Source of the DNA: an uncultured archaeon
GTDB lineage: Archaea; Iainarchaeota; Iainarchaeia; Iainarchaeales; 1-14-0-10-31-34
Length of the DNA: 48,536 nt
Reading direction: 5' to 3'
Assembly (NCBI GenBank): GCA_964442255.1
Contig: CAYTYC010000010.1
Coordinates: 1 to 48,536 of the forward strand
This document shows, piece after piece, positions 43,066 through 48,536 of the stretch. Below the pieces are notes generated by a model, which searched no databases, was not told where the DNA came from, and was given only the letters and a program-made list of their open reading frames with translations. Each line of letters opens with the position of its first letter. Position 1 is the stretch's first letter. A program made the position numbers and the translations under genes.

Positions 43066-44495
43066 GGATACTGGTTTTAAATCCCCCTTTCCACAGGAAG
43101 TTTTCGCGCTCTTCGCGCTCTCCCGCCGTTACAAAGGGAGGCACACTCTACTACCCCCTCTGGCTTGCGTATGCAACAGGCGCACTGGAAAAGGCGGGGC
43201 ATGAAGTGAAACTTGTGGATGCCCCGGCGGAAGACTTGGGCAGGGGGAAGGTTTTGGGGATTGTGAAGGAATTCAGGCCGGAGATGGCCGTGCTGGACAC
43301 AAGCACGCCAAGCATTTACAATGATGTTAAGGTTTTGGAGGCAGTGAAAAAAGAGTGCGGCTGCTTTGGAATTCTTGTGGGAACGCATGCGAGCGCATTG
43401 CCGGAGGAAACGCTGAAATTAAGTGAAGCGGTTGACGCGGTTGCAGTGAGGGAATACGATTACACTTTAAGGGAGCTCGCGGAAGAGCTTGGGAAAGGAA
43501 AGCCGGATTTAGGCAAAGTAAAGGGAATTGCGTTCAGGGAAGGCAACCAAATAACCAGGAATCCCCCGCGCGGGCCGATAAAGGATTTGGATGAACTGCC
43601 TTTTGTGAGCGCGGTGTACAAAAGGCATTTGAACTACAAAAACTATTTTTACAGCGCAAACCTGTGGCCTGAGGTGACAATTGTAACGGGAAGGGGATGC
43701 CCCTTCAATTGCAGGTTCTGCAACTGGGTCCACAACCTAAACACGGGCGCTTACAGGAAGCGAAGCGTAGGGAAAGTGATTGAAGAGTTCAGGTTCATTG
43801 AAAAAAATTTTCCGGACGCAAAAGAGGTTTTCCTGGAGGACGACACCTTTACCGCGGACCATGAACGGGTCAAGGAGTTCTGCAGGAAAAAAGTTGAGGC
43901 CGGAATCAGGGTAAAGTGGAGCTGCAACGCGCGCGCGGACGTTCCGCAGGAAGTTCTGGCGAAAATGAAGAAGGCGGGCTGCAGGCTGATGTGCGTCGGC
44001 TTTGAAAGCGCCTCCCAGGAAATTTTAAACGGGGCGGGAAAGGGAACGACAATTGAAAGGATTGAAAAATTCATGGAGGACTCAAAAAAGGCCGGAATTC
44101 TGGTGCACGGGTGCTTTATGGTGGGAAACATTGGGGAAACAAGGGAAACCGCGAAAAAAACAATTGAGATGGCGAAAAGGCTTAACCCGGATACAGCGCA
44201 ATTTTTTCCGATAATGGTTTACCCGGGAACGGGAAGCTACGAATACTTCAGGGAAAAAGGCTGGCTTACCACGCAGGATTACGGAAAATGGGTGGACTGC
44301 GGAGGAGAACACAACTGCATGGTTTCAACGCCCGGGTTAAGCGGCAGGGAAGCGGTTGAATTGTGCAACAAGGCAAGGAAAGAGTTTTACCTGCGCCCGG
44401 GATACATTCTCTCAAAGGCCGTGCAGATTTTAAGGCAGCCGCAGGAAGCGAGGAGAATAGTGAGAAGCGCCCTGACTCTCGCAAAACACATTTAA
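43062..44495 (+). CDS. B12-binding domain radical SAM protein (HpnJ-like)
   Basis: YPLWLAY, TSTPS, GRGCPFNCRFC, EDDTFT and GFESASQ. Confidence 0.92.
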   Translation: MRILVLNPPFHRKFSRSSRSPAVTKGGTLYYPLWLAYATGALEKAGHEVKLVDAPAEDLGRGKVLGIVKEFRPEMAVLDTSTPSIYNDVKVLEAVKKECGCFGILVGTHASALPEETLKLSEAVDAVAVREYDYTLRELAEELGKGKPDLGKVKGIAFREGNQITRNPPRGPIKDLDELPFVSAVYKRHLNYKNYFYSANLWPEVTIVTGRGCPFNCRFCNWVHNLNTGAYRKRSVGKVIEEFRFIEKNFPDAKEVFLEDDTFTADHERVKEFCRKKVEAGIRVKWSCNARADVPQEVLAKMKKAGCRLMCVGFESASQEILNGAGKGTTIERIEKFMEDSKKAGILVHGCFMVGNIGETRETAKKTIEMAKRLNPDTAQFFPIMVYPGTGSYEYFREKGWLTTQDYGKWVDCGGEHNCMVSTPGLSGREAVELCNKARKEFYLRPGYILSKAVQILRQPQEARRIVRSALTLAKHI

Positions 44496-44517
44496 GGGGT
44501 TAAAGGAGTGCATCAAA

Positions 44518-45492
44518 ATGCCGGCAAGCGTAATAATCCCAGCATACAACGCGGAAAAAACCATTGGGGAATGCCTTGAGGCGCTTGAAGGGCAGAGCGT
44601 TAAGCCGAAGGAAATCATTGTGGTGGATGACGGAAGCACGGACAAAACGGCTGAAATCGTTTCAGGGTTTTCGGGGGCCAGGCTGCTGAAAAAAAGCCAT
44701 GGGGGGCCGGCAAAGGCAAGGAATTTTGGGGCAAGAAAGGCGTCGGGGGATTTGCTGGTTTTCACTGACTCCGACTGCGTTCCGGAAAAAAACTGGCTCA
44801 AGGAAATGATTGCCCCCTTTAGGGATTCAAAGGTTGTGGGGGCGCAGGGCGCGTACAAAACAAAACAAGGGGGCTTGACTGCACGGTTTGTGCAGGCGGA
44901 AATCGAAGAGCGGTACGCCAGAATGCGGAAAGCCGAAAGCATTGATTTCATCGGCTCTTACTCTGCAGCGTACAGGAAAAAAGTTTTTTTGAAGTTCGGC
45001 GGGTTTGATGAAGGCTTTCCTTCCGCTTCAGGGGAGGACCCGGAGCTGAGCTTCAAGCTAAGCGAAAAAAAAATGGAAATGGTTTTCAGTCCGGATGCGG
45101 TTGTTTTCCATTTGCATCCGGAAAGCCCGTGGAAATACTTTAAGGTGAAGTTTTTCCGCGCGTACTGGAGAGTGTCGCTTTACCGGAAACACAAGAAAAA
45201 GGCGGTGAAGGACTCTTACACCCCCCAGCTTTTGAAGGGGCAGATTGGGCTGCTTTACCTCGCCTTTTTTTCATTAATCGGGATTTTTGCGTTCCCGGAA
45301 AACTACCTTTTTTCTGCGGCGGTTTTATGCTCCGCAATAATTTTGTTTTTGCTGAGCCTGCTTCCGTTCACAGCCAATGCACTGGGAAAAGATTTCGCTT
45401 TAGGCATCGCGGCACCTTTCTTCCTGGTTTTGCGGAGCAAGGCGTTTGCATTGGGTCTGCTTGCGGGAATGGCTCGGGGGCTTTTGAAATGA
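44518..45492 (+). CDS. GT2 glycosyltransferase with C-terminal TM helices
   Basis: SVIIPAYN, DDGSTD, FTDSDC and GEDPEL. Confidence 0.92.
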   Translation: MPASVIIPAYNAEKTIGECLEALEGQSVKPKEIIVVDDGSTDKTAEIVSGFSGARLLKKSHGGPAKARNFGARKASGDLLVFTDSDCVPEKNWLKEMIAPFRDSKVVGAQGAYKTKQGGLTARFVQAEIEERYARMRKAESIDFIGSYSAAYRKKVFLKFGGFDEGFPSASGEDPELSFKLSEKKMEMVFSPDAVVFHLHPESPWKYFKVKFFRAYWRVSLYRKHKKKAVKDSYTPQLLKGQIGLLYLAFFSLIGIFAFPENYLFSAAVLCSAIILFLLSLLPFTANALGKDFALGIAAPFFLVLRSKAFALGLLAGMARGLLK

Positions 45493-46586
45493 AAATCCTT
45501 TATTTGGTCAACCATTTTTATCCCTGCCTCGGGGGCGTGGAAAAGGTTGCGCTTGAGCTGGCAAAAGGGATGGGGAAAAGAGGGCACGAGGTAAAGGTTG
45601 TGTGCCTGAACAAATGCTGGAGGGAAGGAAAAAAGCTGAAGGAAAATGAAAACGTGGAAGGAATTGAAGTGAAAAGAATTCCGTTCCTGAACCTAAGGTA
45701 TTACAAGGTTGCGCCCGGGTTTTGGGGCGAACTGAAATGGGCGGATTTGGTGCACGTGCACGGAACAAATTTTTTCTCCGATTACGCGCTTTTCACGAAA
45801 TTTTTGCACAAAAAAAAAATTGTCGTGTCAACGCACGGGGGAATATTCCACACAAAAAAAGTTTCCGCCCTCAAAAAAATTTATTTCAACGTGTGCGCAA
45901 GGCTTCTTTTGAAGGCGGCGGACAGGGTTGCGGCGGACAGCGAAAACGATTGCAGAATTTTTTCCGGAATCGTTCCGAAAAAGAAAATGGTTCTGGCGGG
46001 GAACGGGGTGGAAGTTGAAAAGTTTTTTTCGCTTAAAACAAAGAAAATCCCGGGAAGGTTTTTGGCCGCGGGAAGGGTTTCAATGAACAAAAGAATTGAC
46101 AGGCTTCTGGAAGCCTTCGGGCTGCTTAAAAAAGATTTTTCCCTGCACATTGCGGGACCGGATTTTGACGGGCTGGAGAAAGGGCTTAAGGAAAAGGCCG
46201 CGGAACAGGGAATTTCCGGGAAAACACGATTCTTAGGCAAAATAAGCGAAGAACGGCTTTTGGATGAATTCGGGGCCGCAGAATTCTTTGTTTCTGCTTC
46301 GGAATTCGAGGGCTTCGGGGTGAGTGTTATAGAGGCAATGGCTTCCGGCGCAATCCCTGTTGTGAACAATATTCCCGCCTTCAGGGAGCTTGTGAAGGAA
46401 GGGGAAAACGGCTTTCTGGCCGATTTTTCGGATGCGGAAAAGGCGGCGGAAAAAATCTGGAAAATAATGGAATTGAACGGAAAAGAAAAGGAAAGGATAA
46501 TTGGGAACGGAAAGAAATTCTCCGAAAGGTTCGGGTGGAAAAAAAAGGCAGAAGAGTTTGAAGAAATTTACGGGGGATTGAAGTGA
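45489..46586 (+). CDS. GT4 glycosyltransferase
   Basis: MKILYL..GGVE, STHGG and EGFGVSVIEAMASG. Confidence 0.92.
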   Translation: MKILYLVNHFYPCLGGVEKVALELAKGMGKRGHEVKVVCLNKCWREGKKLKENENVEGIEVKRIPFLNLRYYKVAPGFWGELKWADLVHVHGTNFFSDYALFTKFLHKKKIVVSTHGGIFHTKKVSALKKIYFNVCARLLLKAADRVAADSENDCRIFSGIVPKKKMVLAGNGVEVEKFFSLKTKKIPGRFLAAGRVSMNKRIDRLLEAFGLLKKDFSLHIAGPDFDGLEKGLKEKAAEQGISGKTRFLGKISEERLLDEFGAAEFFVSASEFEGFGVSVIEAMASGAIPVVNNIPAFRELVKEGENGFLADFSDAEKAAEKIWKIMELNGKEKERIIGNGKKFSERFGWKKKAEEFEEIYGGLK

Positions 46587-47680
46587 GCATAGCTCTGGTG
46601 AATGACTTCAACCCGCAAATTGGGGCAGGAAAGTACGCGTTTAAATTGTTTGAAGAGCTGATAAAGAAAACAGATGTTGAAATGGTTTTTTTGGAGGCCG
46701 AAAAGCTTTCCTATTCCGGCACCGGAAAAGTGAATGTGCTGAAGGGAGTTGATTTTCCTTTCCTTAAGCGCACACTGAACAACCTTTACGTTTTTCCCGG
46801 AAAGGTTCCGGAAAAATTTGAATTGTTCCACTGCACAAACCAGTTTTTGGGCCGGGTGTGCGGAAAAAGAAAGCCCTGCATTATAACCTGCCTGGATTTG
46901 ATAACGCTGTTAAGGCCGAAGGACTACGGGAGGGTGTTGAGCCATTTTTTGAACAGGTCCATGAAAGAAATGGATAAAGCGGAGAAAATTCTCGCAATCT
47001 CGGAGCACACAAAACAGGACATGGTGAAACACTTCGGGATAGACGAAAGGAAAGTGCATGTGACTTATCTTGGGGCTGATGAAAAAACATTCAAGCCGAG
47101 GGAAAAGGAAAATGCGAGGAAAGCGTTGGGGCTTCCTTTGGGCAAGAGGATTGTTTTAAGTGTTGGCGCTGACGAGCCGAGAAAAAACCTTGGGACGGTT
47201 TACAGGGCTTTTCCGGAAGTGCTGAAAGAGTTTCCGGAGACAGTTTTTTTGCGGGTGGGAAGGAAAAGCGGGGAATCAAAGAAATTAATTGAGGGGCTTG
47301 GGCTGGAAAAGAATGTCATGCATTTGAATGGATTGGATGAGGAAAAAATTGCGCTCGCGTACAATTCAGCTGATTTGCTGGTTTTTCCCTCAACGTATGA
47401 GGGATTCGGGCTGCCTGTGCTGGAGGCAATGGCTTCCGGAATCCCGGTGCTGGCGGCAAACGCCTCAAGCGTTCCCGAGATAACCGGAAAAGCCGCCCCG
47501 CTTCTTGGCCCTTTTTCGGAAAAGGAATGGGCTGAAGAAATTAAAAGGATTCTGGGAACAGAATCTTTAAGGAAAAAACTTGTTTCCCGCGGGCTGGAGC
47601 AAAGCAAAAAGTTTTCATGGAAGAGGTGCGCGGAAGAAACCCTAAAGGTTTACGAAGATGTTTTGGGTGGAAAAAAATGA
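46583..47680 (+). CDS. GT4 glycosyltransferase (mannosyltransferase-like)
   Basis: ISEHTK, EPRKNL and FPSTYEGFGLPVLEAMASG. Confidence 0.92.
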   Translation: MSIALVNDFNPQIGAGKYAFKLFEELIKKTDVEMVFLEAEKLSYSGTGKVNVLKGVDFPFLKRTLNNLYVFPGKVPEKFELFHCTNQFLGRVCGKRKPCIITCLDLITLLRPKDYGRVLSHFLNRSMKEMDKAEKILAISEHTKQDMVKHFGIDERKVHVTYLGADEKTFKPREKENARKALGLPLGKRIVLSVGADEPRKNLGTVYRAFPEVLKEFPETVFLRVGRKSGESKKLIEGLGLEKNVMHLNGLDEEKIALAYNSADLLVFPSTYEGFGLPVLEAMASGIPVLAANASSVPEITGKAAPLLGPFSEKEWAEEIKRILGTESLRKKLVSRGLEQSKKFSWKRCAEETLKVYEDVLGGKK

Positions 47681-48536
47681 GGCTTTGCGCAATTATTCCA
47701 GCCCTCAACGAAGAAGACTCAATAGGGGAACTGCTGGATTCCCTTAATGCGGACAGTTTCAGGGACAGGGAAATAATCGTTGTGGACGACGGCTCTTCGG
47801 ACAGGACCGTTAAAATAGCGGAAAAAAAGGGCGCAAAGGTTTTGGTGAACAGCCCTGGAAGAAAGGGGCCTTCCTTTGGGTGGAACCGGGCGGCAAAGGA
47901 AACAAACGCTGAAATACTGCTTTTTTTGGGCGCGGATTTTCTCATTGAGGACAAGTCCTTCATCAAAAAGGCAATGAATGCATTTGAGGACAAGAATGTT
48001 GTTGCGGTTTCCACGAAATTCAAAACAATTCAGGACAACTGGCTTGAGAAGGCGCTTACGGAAAGGGAAGGCGTTTCAATGGAGCCGAGGTTTGTGCGGA
48101 GAAAGGATTTCCTTGCGTTGGGCGGGTTTCCGCTTATAGGCTTCGGGGAAGACCAGATTCTGGTGGAGCGGCTCGCAGAGTACTGCGAAAAAAAGGGGCT
48201 TAGGCAGGTTACGCTTCAGGACGCATACTTTTCCGGGCACGGGGTGCATTCACTGAAGGAAATGTACAGGCAGGGTTATTGGTACGGGAAAACCGCAAAC
48301 CTCTACCTTTCGCTGACAAAAAAGGGCGTGAGGGCTTTTTTCAGCGTTTATCTCCGTGTTTTGCACTTTCTTTCCATTGCCTCCAGTCCATTGGTTTTTG
48401 TGAACCCGTTTTTTGCCGTTCTTTTAATGCCCTTCATTTTGTTTTTCGCGGGAATTGCCTTGAATTCCGCAAAAAGAAAAAGCATTTACCCTGCGCTGAG
48501 GGTTTTCACGTTTGTTTTGTTCGGCTTTGCAATGTT
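47677..48536 (+). CDS. GT2 glycosyltransferase, truncated by window end
   Basis: Hand translation MRLCAIIPALNEEDSIG..IIVVDDGSSDRT; no stop before the window edge. Confidence 0.88.
   Translation, partial: MRLCAIIPALNEEDSIGELLDSLNADSFRDREIIVVDDGSSDRTVKIAEKKGAKVLVNSPGRKGPSFGWNRAAKETNAEILLFLGADFLIEDKSFIKKAMNAFEDKNVVAVSTKFKTIQDNWLEKALTEREGVSMEPRFVRRKDFLALGGFPLIGFGEDQILVERLAEYCEKKGLRQVTLQDAYFSGHGVHSLKEMYRQGYWYGKTANLYLSLTKKGVRAFFSVYLRVLHFLSIASSPLVFVNPFFAVLLMPFILFFAGIALNSAKRKSIYPALRVFTFVLFGFAM

Overview
Archaeal chromosomal scaffold with one 100-N gap. It is most likely a DPANN-type lineage such as Diapherotrites/Iainarchaeota (inference from the rpl21e-rpo4-DUF655-rsmA cluster, TBP, AMP phosphorylase, stand-alone 5S rRNA, AglB and many basic orphan ORFs). 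The left ~26 kb is a mosaic of core genes, surface proteins, orphans and toxin-antitoxin (TA) modules. The right ~22 kb is an N-glycosylation/surface-glycan cluster (aglB, aglH, Alg14/Alg13-like pair, GT2/GT4 enzymes, NDP-sugar enzymes, two radical SAM enzymes) interrupted by a methyltransferase island. The most striking unexplained structure is four integrase-free accessory cassettes, three of them ~1.0-1.2 kb TA-like modules. Each ends in a direct-repeat copy of the extreme 3' end of the gene upstream. Two copies (42 and 51 bp) stop exactly at a stop codon, and two stacked copies reproduce the 5S rRNA 3' end. Other highlights: a protein that appears to carry only the FtsZ C-terminal/T7-loop domain, an RHH + methyltransferase + unknown-protein candidate restriction-modification module, a 4x tandem BRE-TATA promoter repeat, and a TBP with a histone H1-like basic tail. 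All calls come from reading motifs by eye; no database searches were run.
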